Positions 34,478 to 44,968 are shown, numbered from the stretch's first letter. The stretch: 58,494 nt of DNA from Candidatus Zambryskibacteria bacterium RIFCSPLOWO2_01_FULL_39_39 (GCA_001823925.1 MHWB01000002.1:2376-60869); one strand, 5' to 3'. A program made the numbers and translations. The notes: generated by a model not told the origin, from the letters alone.

Positions 34478-36799
34478 ATGCCTCAAAAAATCAAAAAAGT
34501 GTCAAAAAAGTCTGCAATGGAAGATTTTGTCAAAAAGATTCAAAAAAGAGATGGTTCGATAGCCACTTTTGATTTTGAGAGGATTGTGGTCGCTACTAAT
34601 AAGGCTATGAGGGCTGCCGAGGAAGGCTCTTTACCAGAAGCCAGAATGGTAGCTAATAAGGTTTTGGCTGATTTGGTCAGGATTTCCAAAAAATACAAAA
34701 ATTTCGTGCCTACTGTTGAGGGTATTCAGGATTCAGTGGAAAAGGAGCTAATGATGTCTGAATATGTGGCTACCGCCAAGGCCTTTATTTTGTATCGAGA
34801 CGAGCGCACTAAAGTTCGTGAACAAAATATAGCCATCCCCCAAGAAGTTAAAAATAAAATTGCTGAGAGCAGTAAATATTTCAAATCATCATATCAAGAA
34901 TTTATCTTCTATCAATTCTATTCTAGGTGGCGCAGTGAACTTGGTCGCCGAGAAACTTGGATAGAGGCGGTTGATCGTTTTATTGATTATATGAAAGAAA
35001 ATATGGGTTCAAAATTGACCCCGCTAGAATATTCAGAAGTGAGAGAAGCAATTTTAAAACAAGACGTCTGTCCTTCAATGAGACTCTTGTGGTCATCCGG
35101 CAATGCTTGTCGACAATCAAACGTGACTGCCTATAACTGCGCATACATCGCCCCAGTTTCTTGGCGAGATCTTTCCGAGATTATGTATGTATCAATGCGT
35201 GGCGCTGGTTGTGGTTTCTCCGTTGAACCGGAAAATGTCGGCAAATTTCCTCAAATTCAAAAACAAACTGGTAAATTTGCTCCCAAAATTGTAGTAGAGG
35301 ATAGTTCCGAAGGCTGGTGCAAAGCTTTTGTCTCTGCTTGTGAGGCATGGGAGGAAGGTTGCGATGTAGAATTTGATTACTCACTGATTAGACCTGCTGG
35401 CGCTAAACTTACCTCAATGGGCGGTAGAGCTTCTGGTCCAGCACCACTTCAAGAACTTATGCAATTTACCAAAAGAAAGATACTTGCTCGTCAAGGTCGT
35501 CGCCTCACCACTCTCGATTTGCACGACATTATCTGCCAAATCGGCCTGATTGTCGTCGCTGGTGGTGTGAGGCGTAGCGCCCTCATCTCTCTTTCCGCTC
35601 TAGACGATAGGGAGATGCGTGATGCCAAAAATGGCGCATTTTGGCAGACTAATGGTCAACGCTCTATGGCCAACAACTCTGCTGTTTATGAAAGCAAGCC
35701 ATCCGCCGAAGAATTTCTAGAAGAATGGACCGCCCTAGTCACTTCCCATGCCGGAGAGCGAGGTATATTTAATCGTGCTGGTCTGCAAGCTCAAGTCCCA
35801 GCTCGCCGTTGGGAAAATTTGAAAGATGCTAGGCAACCGGGGATGAACCCTTGTGGAGAAATTTACCTCCAGTCCAAGCAGTTTTGTAATCTTACTTCCA
35901 TCGTTGTCAGACCGAAAGATGATATGGAAAACTTGAAAAACAAAATGCGCATCGCCACTCTTTTGGGTACCTATCAGGCCACTCTCACCAATTTTCCATA
36001 CCTTTCCAAAGAATGGAAAATAAATTGTGAAAAGGAACAGTTGCTCGGAGTCTCTATCACTGGTTATTACGACAACAAAATTATACGCAATGACGAAAAT
36101 TTGAGAATTTTGCGTGATGAGGCCATCAAAGTCAATAAAAAATACGCCAAACGCTTGGGGGTCAATGAATCTACTGCCATCACCTGTGTCAAACCACACG
36201 GCAACTCCGGTCAACTCTTGGGAGTCGGCTCTGGAATGCACACTTGGTACTCCCACTACTATATTCGCCGTGTTCGCATTTCAGCCAACGATCCACTCCT
36301 CCAGCTGGCTAGAGATCAAGGGGTGCCGGTCAAACCAGAAGTTGGTTATTCCACCTCCAATGCTTCAACTATGGTTTTGGAATTCCCTTGCAAGGCACCT
36401 GAAGGAGCGATGGTCAACAAAGATGTCACCGCTCTAGAGCTTTTGGAAGAATGGAAGAGACTCAAAGTTAACTTTACCGAACACAACCCGTCAGCGACCA
36501 TCTATGTCGGAGACGGAGATTGGATTGCGGTCGCTGATTTCGTTTACAAAAACTGGGATATTGTCGGCGGTCTTTCCTTCTTACCAAGAAACAATCACGT
36601 CTACCAACTCGCGCCGTACGAAGAGATTACCAAAGATGAATACGAACGACGTCTAAAAATGCTCGGTCATATCGATTTTTCCAAACTTCTACTCTATGAG
36701 AAAAGTGATCAAACCATTGGTGCCAAAGAAGCGGCTTGTGTCGGCGGAGTCTGCGAAATTGACTATGTCCCCTCCATGACCGAGACAAAAACATCTTAG
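34478..36799 (+). CDS. nrdJ: Class II (adenosylcobalamin-dependent) ribonucleotide reductase with N-terminal ATP cone
   Basis: IQKRDG ATP cone, RRETW, PSMR, YNCAY, VVAGGVRRSA, NPCGEI, FCNL, TCVKP.G, C-terminal CVGGVC. Confidence 0.9.
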   Translation: MPQKIKKVSKKSAMEDFVKKIQKRDGSIATFDFERIVVATNKAMRAAEEGSLPEARMVANKVLADLVRISKKYKNFVPTVEGIQDSVEKELMMSEYVATAKAFILYRDERTKVREQNIAIPQEVKNKIAESSKYFKSSYQEFIFYQFYSRWRSELGRRETWIEAVDRFIDYMKENMGSKLTPLEYSEVREAILKQDVCPSMRLLWSSGNACRQSNVTAYNCAYIAPVSWRDLSEIMYVSMRGAGCGFSVEPENVGKFPQIQKQTGKFAPKIVVEDSSEGWCKAFVSACEAWEEGCDVEFDYSLIRPAGAKLTSMGGRASGPAPLQELMQFTKRKILARQGRRLTTLDLHDIICQIGLIVVAGGVRRSALISLSALDDREMRDAKNGAFWQTNGQRSMANNSAVYESKPSAEEFLEEWTALVTSHAGERGIFNRAGLQAQVPARRWENLKDARQPGMNPCGEIYLQSKQFCNLTSIVVRPKDDMENLKNKMRIATLLGTYQATLTNFPYLSKEWKINCEKEQLLGVSITGYYDNKIIRNDENLRILRDEAIKVNKKYAKRLGVNESTAITCVKPHGNSGQLLGVGSGMHTWYSHYYIRRVRISANDPLLQLARDQGVPVKPEVGYSTSNASTMVLEFPCKAPEGAMVNKDVTALELLEEWKRLKVNFTEHNPSATIYVGDGDWIAVADFVYKNWDIVGGLSFLPRNNHVYQLAPYEEITKDEYERRLKMLGHIDFSKLLLYEKSDQTIGAKEAACVGGVCEIDYVPSMTETKTS

Positions 36800-36846
36800 A
36801 TTTGATATAATTAATTTAAATATTTTTAATTTAAATTTTTAAATTT

Positions 36847-37878
36847 ATGTCTATTAAAGTTGCAATAAACGGGGCGGGGAGAATTGGCAGAGCTTTTTTG
36901 AAACTCTCACAAAATTTTGGTGATCAGATAGATATTGTTGCAATAAATGATTTGGGAGACATAGAAAATATTGCCTATCTTTTGAAGTACGACACTGCAT
37001 ACGGCTCCGCGCAATTTCCCGTAGAAGTTGCTCCTGATAAGCAAAGTATTTTGGTAAATGGTAAACCTATAAAATTTTTGAGTAGTAAAGAACCCAAAGA
37101 TTTACCTTGGGGAAATCTGGGAATAGACGTGGTTATAGAATCTACTGGATTTTTTACAACCTTTGAAAAAGCAAAAGCTCATATAGGTGCGGGGGCAAAG
37201 AGGGTTGTGATTACAGCTCCTGTCAAAGACACTCCAGTAGACGAAACACAGGCCACAATACTCATGGGTATCAATGATGAAAAGTTAGAGAAATGCATCA
37301 TAAGTTCAAACGCTTCTTGTACTACCAACGCCGCTTCTCCCGTGATTCAAATTTTACATGAAAAAATTGGCATTGAAAAAGCATTGCTAAACACTACACA
37401 CGCCCTGACTGCAAGCCAATCTTCTGTAGATAGTCCAAACAAGAGTAATCTTCGAGAAGGTAGGGCATCGGGATACAATATTATCCCAACCTCAACTGGA
37501 TCAGCGATAGCGGTTACTAAAGCCATCCCAGAACTTGAAGGAAAGTTTGATGGAATATCAATGAGAGTGCCGATAATTACAGGATCAATTGCTGATATTA
37601 CTTTTATATCTAAAAGGGACACTACCGTTGAAGAAGTTAATAAAATTTTGAAAGATGCTGCAGCCGATCCTCGTTGGGAAGGAGTTTTTACAGTAACTGA
37701 AGACCCAATTGTTTCCTCCGATATTATAGGCTCGCTCTTTGGTTCAATTGCTGATCTTGGACTTACTCGGGTTGTTGACGGCAATTTAGTAAATGTTCTC
37801 GCTTGGTATGACAATGAGATGGGGTACACCGCGACACTTTTGAAGCACGTTTTGAAGATAGGACAGTATTTAAAATAA
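36847..37878 (+). CDS. gap: Glyceraldehyde-3-phosphate dehydrogenase
   Basis: ING.GRIGR, SNASCTTN, WYDNE.GY. Confidence 0.97.
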   Translation: MSIKVAINGAGRIGRAFLKLSQNFGDQIDIVAINDLGDIENIAYLLKYDTAYGSAQFPVEVAPDKQSILVNGKPIKFLSSKEPKDLPWGNLGIDVVIESTGFFTTFEKAKAHIGAGAKRVVITAPVKDTPVDETQATILMGINDEKLEKCIISSNASCTTNAASPVIQILHEKIGIEKALLNTTHALTASQSSVDSPNKSNLREGRASGYNIIPTSTGSAIAVTKAIPELEGKFDGISMRVPIITGSIADITFISKRDTTVEEVNKILKDAAADPRWEGVFTVTEDPIVSSDIIGSLFGSIADLGLTRVVDGNLVNVLAWYDNEMGYTATLLKHVLKIGQYLK

Positions 37879-37879
37879 A

Positions 37880-38320
37880 ATGAAAATATATTTCGCTAGT
37901 GATCATGCCGGATTTCTAATGAAGGATGAGCTAATCCCTTTTGTAAAATCTTTGGGATTTGAAGTAGAAGATTGCGGAGCTTTTGTATTTAACAAAGAAG
38001 ATGATTATCCAGATTTTATAAAAAAAGCCGCAGAGGCTGTTTCAAAAAGTCCAGAAGACGGCAAAGCCATAATACTTGGGGGCTCTGGAGAAGGTGAGGA
38101 TATGGTTGCAGATAAATTCCCAAACGTAAGATCTGCAGAATACTATGGGGGCAATCTGGAAATCATAAAGCTCTCCAGAGAACACAATGATGCAAACATT
38201 CTTTCTCTCGGAGCGAGATTTTTATCTTTAGAAGAAGCAAAAGAGGCAGTAAAGCTCTGGCTAGAAACACCATTTTCAAAGGAAAAAAGACATAAAAGAA
38301 GAATAGATAAAATTAATTAA
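37880..38320 (+). CDS. rpiB: Ribose-5-phosphate isomerase B
   Basis: SDHAG, DYPD, GGSGEGE (Glu-type active site), REHNDAN, RH.RRI. Confidence 0.93.
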   Translation: MKIYFASDHAGFLMKDELIPFVKSLGFEVEDCGAFVFNKEDDYPDFIKKAAEAVSKSPEDGKAIILGGSGEGEDMVADKFPNVRSAEYYGGNLEIIKLSREHNDANILSLGARFLSLEEAKEAVKLWLETPFSKEKRHKRRIDKIN

Positions 38321-38330
38321 AGTAGAAAAA

Positions 38331-39002
38331 ATGATTGAAATAATACCAGCCATAATTCCACCAAGTTTAAACATTGTAAGAGAAAAATTCTCTAAGGTTT
38401 TGGGGTTGGTAAAAAAAGTACAGATGGATATTGTAGATGGTGAGTATGCTCCAGTTAAGACGTGGCCTTTTGTAGACAAAAACTCTGATGATCTGATGAA
38501 AATGGCGCGTGGCGAAGAAAAGTTTCCCTATATTGATGATTTTATATTAGAAATAGATATGCTGATTTTTCATCCGATTGAATATATAAATGATTTTATT
38601 TCACTGGGCGCCAAAAGTTTTGTAATTCATATTGACTCAACCGATCATATTGAAGAATGCCTAGATACTATCAAAAATCTGGGGTGCGCGGTTGGCTTGG
38701 GGATAAAGCCTTCGGTAGATGTAGACCTGCTTCAGCCATTTTTACTAAAAGCAGATTTCGTCCAATTTATGGGTAATGATAAAGTTGGCCATAATGGCAT
38801 AGAGTTAGATAATTCTGTCATAAACAAAATAAAATATTTCCACAAAAAACATCCTTCAACAGCCATTCAGATTGATATTGGGGTAAATGAAGAGACCATC
38901 CCAAAACTTAAAGAAGCTGGTGTCTCTCGTTTTATTTCTGGTTCATATATATTTAATGCTCCTAATATAAAAGAAGCTCTCACCAAACTCCAAAATTTTT
39001 AA
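38331..39002 (+). CDS. rpe: Ribulose-phosphate 3-epimerase (divergent)
   Basis: IIPAI, QMDIVDG.Y, IQIDIGVN, SGS.IF; lies in a pentose phosphate gene cluster. Confidence 0.8.
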   Translation: MIEIIPAIIPPSLNIVREKFSKVLGLVKKVQMDIVDGEYAPVKTWPFVDKNSDDLMKMARGEEKFPYIDDFILEIDMLIFHPIEYINDFISLGAKSFVIHIDSTDHIEECLDTIKNLGCAVGLGIKPSVDVDLLQPFLLKADFVQFMGNDKVGHNGIELDNSVINKIKYFHKKHPSTAIQIDIGVNEETIPKLKEAGVSRFISGSYIFNAPNIKEALTKLQNF

Positions 39003-39059
39003 TTTATTACTGCTATAATTAACAATATACTTCTCTAAATATTAAATTCACAAAATAAA

Positions 39060-39956
39060 ATGCAAAGTTTGAATGATGAAAAAATAAAATGGCTCACGGA
39101 GAAGGCTAATGAAATACGGCAGTCTATTATAGAAATGCTAATTGAAGCGGGAAGCGGGCACTCTGCGGGGCCACTTGGTATGGCAGATATTTTTACCGCA
39201 CTTTTCTTTCATATAATGAAGCACGATCCGACTAATCCCCTTTGGGCAGAAAGAGACAGACTAATACTTTCAAACGGCCACATTTGCCCTGTACTTTATG
39301 CGACGATGGCGCACTCCGGGTATTTTCCACTAGAAGAACTTAAAACATTAAGGAAGTTTGGTTCACGACTCCAAGGTCATCCACACAGAGAATACTTGCC
39401 GTTTATTGAAACATCATCGGGACCTTTGGGTTTAGGCCTTTCTCAAACAGTCGGGATGTGTTTGGCAGACAGGATTGATCATGGTAAGTATTCAAATAAA
39501 CAATTTTATTGTTTATTGAGCGATGGAGAATTGGAAGAAGGTAATACTTGGGAAGGGGTAATGTTGGGTGGTAAAGAGAGGTTGCAAAACATAACGGCAA
39601 TAATAGATAGAAACAATATTCAAATAGAGGGATATACTGAAGACATAATGCCCTTAGAGCCCCTAGCGGATAAATGGAAGGCTTTCAACTGGCATGTGCA
39701 GATGATAGACGGACACAACTTTGATCAAATAGTCGGGGCAGTCGGTGAGGCGCAAGCTGTTTTTGATAAGCCATCAATCATAATTGCTAACACTATTCCC
39801 GGTAAAGGAGTCTCCTTTATGGAAAGGAGGTGGCAGTGGCATGGCAATCCTCCAGGTAAAGGGCCAGAGGATGTGGTGCCTAAAGAAAGACAGGGTAAAG
39901 AGGCCATCAAAGAACTCCGCACCCTAGGTGGTAAAATAAAATCCGAACATGAATAA
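39060..39956 (+). CDS. Transketolase, N-terminal subunit
   Basis: SGHSAG, DRLILSNGH, LQGHP, SDGELEEG..WE. Confidence 0.93.
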   Translation: MQSLNDEKIKWLTEKANEIRQSIIEMLIEAGSGHSAGPLGMADIFTALFFHIMKHDPTNPLWAERDRLILSNGHICPVLYATMAHSGYFPLEELKTLRKFGSRLQGHPHREYLPFIETSSGPLGLGLSQTVGMCLADRIDHGKYSNKQFYCLLSDGELEEGNTWEGVMLGGKERLQNITAIIDRNNIQIEGYTEDIMPLEPLADKWKAFNWHVQMIDGHNFDQIVGAVGEAQAVFDKPSIIIANTIPGKGVSFMERRWQWHGNPPGKGPEDVVPKERQGKEAIKELRTLGGKIKSEHE

Positions 39957-39996
39957 ACCTCACCCCCAACCCCTCTCCTAAATTCAGGAGAGGGGA
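39957..39996 (+). repeat. Short copy of the DUF559-associated repeat
   Basis: ACCTCACCCCCAA-CCCCTCTCCT..AGGAGAGGGGA between the transketolase halves. Confidence 0.8.
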
Positions 39997-40014
39997 GGAA
40001 GAAAAAAAACAATT

Positions 40015-41007
40015 ATGTTAAATACAAATTTAAAACTTAATACAAAAATGTTTGATGCGGATATGGAACAGGTGCCAATCAGAAAAGGATTTGGAGAAGG
40101 TTTGGTAATTGCGGCAGATAGAGATAAAAATGTTATTGGACTTTGCGCAGATCTTACAGAGAGTACCCAAATGCATTTCTTTGCAAAGAAATATCCAGAA
40201 AGGTTCGTGCAGGTTGGTGTTGCAGAACAAAACTTGGTAACGGTAGCAAGTGGTATGGCGGCGATGGGTAAGATCCCTTTCACTTCTTCCTATGCAATGT
40301 TTAGTCCAGGAAGAAATTGGGAACAGATACGCACAACGATTTGTTATAACGACAGGAAGGTTGTGATCGTGGGAAGCCACGCTGGTATCTCTGTCGGTCC
40401 TGACGGTGGTACCCACCAAGCGATTGAAGATATTGCCTTGATGCGAGTTTTACCAAATATGACAGTTATATCTCCTTGCGACGCAATAGAAGCAAAGAAG
40501 GCAACAATTGCAATTGCAAAAACAAAAGAGCCGACATACATAAGACTAGCAAGAGAAAAAACTCCAATCATAACAAGCGAGGATACTCCTTTTGAAATAG
40601 GTAAGGCGCAAGTTTTCTTTGCACCCCCAATGACTCCACAAGTGGGCATCGTAGCGACTGGAGCTTTGGTCCATAAGGCTATAGTAGCGGCTCAAAATTT
40701 TGCAGAAAAAGGCATCTCAGTAAAAGTCTTAAATATTTCAAGTATTAGACCTCTTGATTTTGAAGCTATTATCAATTTAGCCAAAGAAGCCGGCGCGATA
40801 GTGAGTGTAGAGGAACATCAGATAGTTGGCGGTTTTGGATCTGCGGTTGCTGAAGTATTGGTCCAAAATTATCCAGTACCGATGGAGCTTATTGGTGTGC
40901 ATGATAAATTTGGTCAGTCTGGTACTCCAGATGAACTTCTAGAGCATTACCATATGGGCATCTCTCATATTGAAAAAGCAGTAGAAAAGGTTTTAGGGAG
41001 AAAATAA
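40015..41007 (+). CDS. Transketolase, C-terminal subunit
   Basis: GVAEQN, GPDGGTHQ, EEHQ..GGFGS. Confidence 0.93.
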   Translation: MLNTNLKLNTKMFDADMEQVPIRKGFGEGLVIAADRDKNVIGLCADLTESTQMHFFAKKYPERFVQVGVAEQNLVTVASGMAAMGKIPFTSSYAMFSPGRNWEQIRTTICYNDRKVVIVGSHAGISVGPDGGTHQAIEDIALMRVLPNMTVISPCDAIEAKKATIAIAKTKEPTYIRLAREKTPIITSEDTPFEIGKAQVFFAPPMTPQVGIVATGALVHKAIVAAQNFAEKGISVKVLNISSIRPLDFEAIINLAKEAGAIVSVEEHQIVGGFGSAVAEVLVQNYPVPMELIGVHDKFGQSGTPDELLEHYHMGISHIEKAVEKVLGRK

Positions 41008-41190
41008 TGTTATGAAATGTGACCAAAAGTAATCCACAGGTGGATTTGCTCCACAGGACAAAAGTGTTATTTTGATTAAGGAATCTTCAGAGGGGGAGAG
41101 AGCAAGGAGGTGGTCCAAAAGAGGTATCTCTAAAATTTCTCTCCCCCTCACGGAAAAGTGAGAACACAGGCATCGTGAAAACGGTGCTTT

Positions 41191-42204
41191 TTACATTATT
41201 TTTTGTGGGCGGAAGTCTTGGGGAGCTTTGGATAAAAATTTGAGTATTTCTTCTTGAGTGAGAAGCCCTTTTTGAGCGCCAACATATTGAACCACCGACA
41301 TTGAATTTATTGGCGCCCAGAGAAAGGCATCAAACAAAGATTTACCCAAAGCGATAGCAGAGGTAAAGGTTGCCGAAAATGCATCCCCGGCGCCAGTACG
41401 ATCATAAGGAGGTTTCTCATCTGGAAACGTTGGCATAAAAAAACTTTCATAACCATCATAGGCATAAGCACCCTTGGGTCCATCAGTGATGACGACAACA
41501 TTTGGCCCTAAGTCGTGCATTTCTTTTAGTAAATTTTTGACATCTTGTTCGCCTCCTTTATTTAAAATATTTTTTGCTTCTTCAACATTGCAAAAGAATA
41601 TATCAGAGCGACTATATAAATCTTTCAAATTTTCAATTCCCATTTTCATCTGAAAAGTGCCCGGCTGAAAAGCAAACTTTATATCTTGATTCTGACGTAA
41701 GTACTCGGCAATCTGCCTATGATAATCTAGAGAATTTTCTCCAACAGAAGACAAGTAAACCCATTTGGGACTACCAATGTCTCCCAGTTTATAATCGTAT
41801 TCGTGATGTTTTACTAAAATAGTACGGTCCGATTCAAACCATAAAACATAGTGGTAATTTGTTTCTTTGTCTTTATGTACAGAAACAAAATGGGTGGCCA
41901 CTTTGTTATTTTTTAAGGTGGCGATGCATTCGTGGCCATTATGATCATCACCCAGATTAGTTACCAAAGCAGAACTTAATCCTAATCTAGAGGCGCAGAC
42001 AGCTGCGTTGGCGCTATTGCCAACGGCTTTTACTTCTTCTACAAATTCATAAGGCACTTTGTCTCCAAATCTTAAAGCGAGCTCGCACTTTTTGCCACTC
42101 TCATCGCAAATCGTTTTGGCATCTTTCAATCTAATAAAAGCGTCGGTAGTGATATCACCAATAGAGATAAAATCAAAATCTTTGTGTATATTTAAAAAAT
42201 CCAT
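41191..42204 (-). CDS. PfkB family carbohydrate kinase
   Basis: GNSANAA, N.EEA, VITDG.KG, DRTGAGDAF. Confidence 0.92.
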   Translation of the reverse strand: MDFLNIHKDFDFISIGDITTDAFIRLKDAKTICDESGKKCELALRFGDKVPYEFVEEVKAVGNSANAAVCASRLGLSSALVTNLGDDHNGHECIATLKNNKVATHFVSVHKDKETNYHYVLWFESDRTILVKHHEYDYKLGDIGSPKWVYLSSVGENSLDYHRQIAEYLRQNQDIKFAFQPGTFQMKMGIENLKDLYSRSDIFFCNVEEAKNILNKGGEQDVKNLLKEMHDLGPNVVVITDGPKGAYAYDGYESFFMPTFPDEKPPYDRTGAGDAFSATFTSAIALGKSLFDAFLWAPINSMSVVQYVGAQKGLLTQEEILKFLSKAPQDFRPQKIM

Positions 42205-42273
42205 TTGATATTTAAAGTTCGATCTTTATTATACACCGCTAATAATTTTTAAAAAATAAAAATATGATAATAT

Positions 42274-43158
42274 GTGGATACCATTATGATAAAAAGTTTA
42301 CGCGAATACATAAAAGAGGCGGAAGAAAAAAAGGTGGCCATCGGACATTTTAATATTTCTGATTCCCTCGGTTTTTGGGCAGTGGTCAATGCTTCAAAAA
42401 AATTAAACTTGCCGGTTATTATTGGAGTCTCTGAAGGGGAAAGAGATTTTATTGGAGTAAAGCAAATAAAAGCTTTAGTAGATACCTTAAAGGCAGATGG
42501 CTTACCTGTATTTCTAAACGCAGATCACACTTATTCGGTAGAAAAAATAAAAGAGGTGGTAGATGCGGGGTTTGACGCCGCTATTATAGACGGCGCAGAG
42601 CTTTCTTTTGAAGAAAATTTGAAGATGACCAAAGAGTCTGTTGCCTATAAAAATTCTACAAATCCAGAAATGATTATAGAGGCAGAGCTCGGCTTCATAG
42701 GCAAGTCCTCCAAAATTTGGGACGAAGTGCCGACGGGCGCCGCTTCATCTGACGCTGTACTTACCAAAAAAGAAGAAGCAAGTGAGTTTGTAAAAGAAAC
42801 TGGCGTAGATTTATTTGCGCCGGCAGTTGGCAATATCCACGGCATGGCAAAAAATTTAAAAGTAAATTTTGAGAAGTTAAATATAGAAAGAATTAGGGTT
42901 TTGCGCGAGGCAACTGGTGTCCCTTTAGTGCTCCATGGTGGCTCGGGTATAACTGATGAAGAGTTTAAATTAGCTATCGGGGCAGGTATTTCTATTATTC
43001 ATATAAATACCGAGATAAGACTCGCTTATAAACAAGGTCTTCAAAGATCTTTCTCTGACTCTCCAGATGAAATTGCTCCTTACAAATTCCTCAAACCCGC
43101 CAGAGATGGAATGCAGGCTGTAGTAGAAAAGCGTCTTGCCTTGTTCAATAATTTGTAA
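42274..43158 (+). CDS. fba: Class II fructose-bisphosphate aldolase
   Basis: NADH, EAELG, AVGNIHG, LVLHGGSG, INTE. Confidence 0.92.
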   Translation: MDTIMIKSLREYIKEAEEKKVAIGHFNISDSLGFWAVVNASKKLNLPVIIGVSEGERDFIGVKQIKALVDTLKADGLPVFLNADHTYSVEKIKEVVDAGFDAAIIDGAELSFEENLKMTKESVAYKNSTNPEMIIEAELGFIGKSSKIWDEVPTGAASSDAVLTKKEEASEFVKETGVDLFAPAVGNIHGMAKNLKVNFEKLNIERIRVLREATGVPLVLHGGSGITDEEFKLAIGAGISIIHINTEIRLAYKQGLQRSFSDSPDEIAPYKFLKPARDGMQAVVEKRLALFNNL

Positions 43159-43199
43159 AATTTCACTAAAAGATATACTATCTGCTACAGGAGAAAACT

Positions 43200-43470
43200 A
43201 TGACTACGGTCAAAATGAGTGTATCCGTTGATGAGGAAGTACACGATAGATTAAAGCATCACAGCATAGAGGTTAAGGAAACCCGTTCAGTCTCTCGTTG
43301 GAAAGGCACTGAAACAGATGTTGTTCCCCGACGACGGTTCAGATCCAGAGATTGAGCACTGCTTACGTAAATTAAGAGAAGCTCTTCTTGAACTGAAAAA
43401 GGAGAATCAAAAAGATTTGAACTTCATGATTGATCTTCTCACGGCGGTAGCGAAAACAAAAGCTCGTTGA
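43200..43470 (+). pseudogene. Frameshifted ribbon-helix-helix (CopG-like) regulator
   Basis: CAGGAG RBS. MTTVKMSVSVDEEVHDRLKHHSIEV continues in the +1 frame as RKPVQSLVGKALKQML...KTKAR*; the 271-nt span is 3n+1. Confidence 0.55.
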
Positions 43471-43604
43471 GGATCATTCTGGCCGACTGTCTCTTCTTGA
43501 ATTTCAAAAACCCGCCAGATGCCTAAAAAGTATCTGGTATTCTTTTAAAAATAAAAAACTCACCTACCATGTCTTGAATAAAGTGGGTGAGTTGTCTCAG
43601 CGTT

Positions 43605-44120
43605 TCAAACTACTTGAAATTTTGGCTGATTCTCAAGTTCCGGGTAAAGCCCCGGTTTTGAAATATCAATCGCCTCAATATCTTCACGAGCTACAAAAAT
43701 CTCTTTACCTTCATATCCACGTCCGTACATCTCTTTTGCCAACCAGAAAGTGTAGCTCATCGATGCTGAACCATCGAACTGTCCACTGGTGTCAAAGCTG
43801 TTTCCTCTATAATGTCCATAATGGAGACTAAATCCAAGTTCCGCCCCCATTGCGTGCAAAATTTGGGTGAGATGTGTGTCGCAGTTGCAACTGTTAAACG
43901 TATCAACAGAACGTCCAATCTGCCTAACTTCCTCTTCCGTATAACCATTCTGATCCTGGTTTAAGGTGATATGCACCTCTCTGGTCAGTTTTTCAGAGTG
44001 GTCAATAAGGAGTGCTACCAACTGTTTAGCCGTAACACTTGCTATTTTGGATCTGAAGATCAAGTATTTCAAAGACGCAATTTGCTTGTCTGTAAACATG
44101 GCTTGTAAACCTCTGGCCAC
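43605..44120 (-). CDS. Hypothetical protein
   Basis: 171-codon ORF preceded by a TTGACT/TATCTT-like promoter; no recognisable motif. Confidence 0.55.
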   Translation of the reverse strand: MARGLQAMFTDKQIASLKYLIFRSKIASVTAKQLVALLIDHSEKLTREVHITLNQDQNGYTEEEVRQIGRSVDTFNSCNCDTHLTQILHAMGAELGFSLHYGHYRGNSFDTSGQFDGSASMSYTFWLAKEMYGRGYEGKEIFVAREDIEAIDISKPGLYPELENQPKFQVV

Positions 44121-44218
44121 AAGATAGCATACTAAGGTGATGAGTCAATAGTTTCGGCATGCATCAAAAAATAATGAAATTTGTAATTTTAAATCTGAAA
44201 TGCTAAGATGGTCCAGTC

Positions 44219-44875
44219 ATGACCATAAATATAAAAGCTGAAAAAAGAGAAAAAATAGGGAAACTGGCAAGCCTAAGGAAAGAAGGTTTGATGCCGGCAG
44301 TTTTTTATGGACACAAAAAGGAATCTACTCCAATTCAAATTAAAAAAAGTGAGTTTTTGAAAGCATGGAAAAATGCCGGTGAATCCACGGTAATAAAACT
44401 GGATACTCCAGATGGAGAAGTGGAAGCCCTTATCCATGAAGTTGATTTTGATCCGATAACATCTGAGCCAAGACATGCTGACTTTTATGTTTTTGAAAGG
44501 GGGCATAAAGTAGAAATTGCTGTACCACTTGAATTTACAGGTATCTCTCCGGCTGTCAAGGATTTGGGAGGAGTCCTTATGAAAATATTATATGAAATAA
44601 AAGTAAAAGCAGAGCCTTCAAATTTGCCACACCAAGTTCTCGTTGATATTTCTTCTATTCTAGAACTTGAAGGCCAAATATTAGCCAAAGAGGTTAGCTT
44701 ACCAAAAGGAGTAGAACTTATGGAAAATCCAGATGAGGTGATAGTCGCCGTTGCCACTCCAAAGGCAGAAAAGGTAGAAGAAGTAGCTCCAGTTGACCTA
44801 TCTCAAATAGAAGTTGAAAAGAAAGGCAAGAAGGAGGAGGAAGAAGGGGGAGAGAATCCAGAATCTGGAAGCTAG
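44219..44875 (+). CDS. rplY: 50S ribosomal protein bL25/Ctc
   Basis: LRKEGLMPAVFYG, HADFY, VEIAVPL, GGVL, acidic tail. Confidence 0.95.
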   Translation: MTINIKAEKREKIGKLASLRKEGLMPAVFYGHKKESTPIQIKKSEFLKAWKNAGESTVIKLDTPDGEVEALIHEVDFDPITSEPRHADFYVFERGHKVEIAVPLEFTGISPAVKDLGGVLMKILYEIKVKAEPSNLPHQVLVDISSILELEGQILAKEVSLPKGVELMENPDEVIVAVATPKAEKVEEVAPVDLSQIEVEKKGKKEEEEGGENPESGS

Positions 44876-44968
44876 AATCTAGAAAGTTTGATACAATAAA
44901 AAGTGTATGAATTTAAAAAGATGCATCTTTTTTGTTTTGCTGGCTTCTGGCTTCTGGCTTCTGGCTTC
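44854..44968. repeat. Inverted heptamer tandem repeats
   Basis: AGAATC(C/T)-like x4-5 at the rplY 3' end; (TGGCTTC)x4 at 44941-44968 within the next gene's signal peptide. Confidence 0.7.

Noticed and set aside
34478-36799. Intein or intron in nrdJ (also considered for gyrB)
   Set aside because: Lengths are normal and no splicing motifs are seen; the gyrB insert is a short acidic low-complexity loop plus a palindrome.
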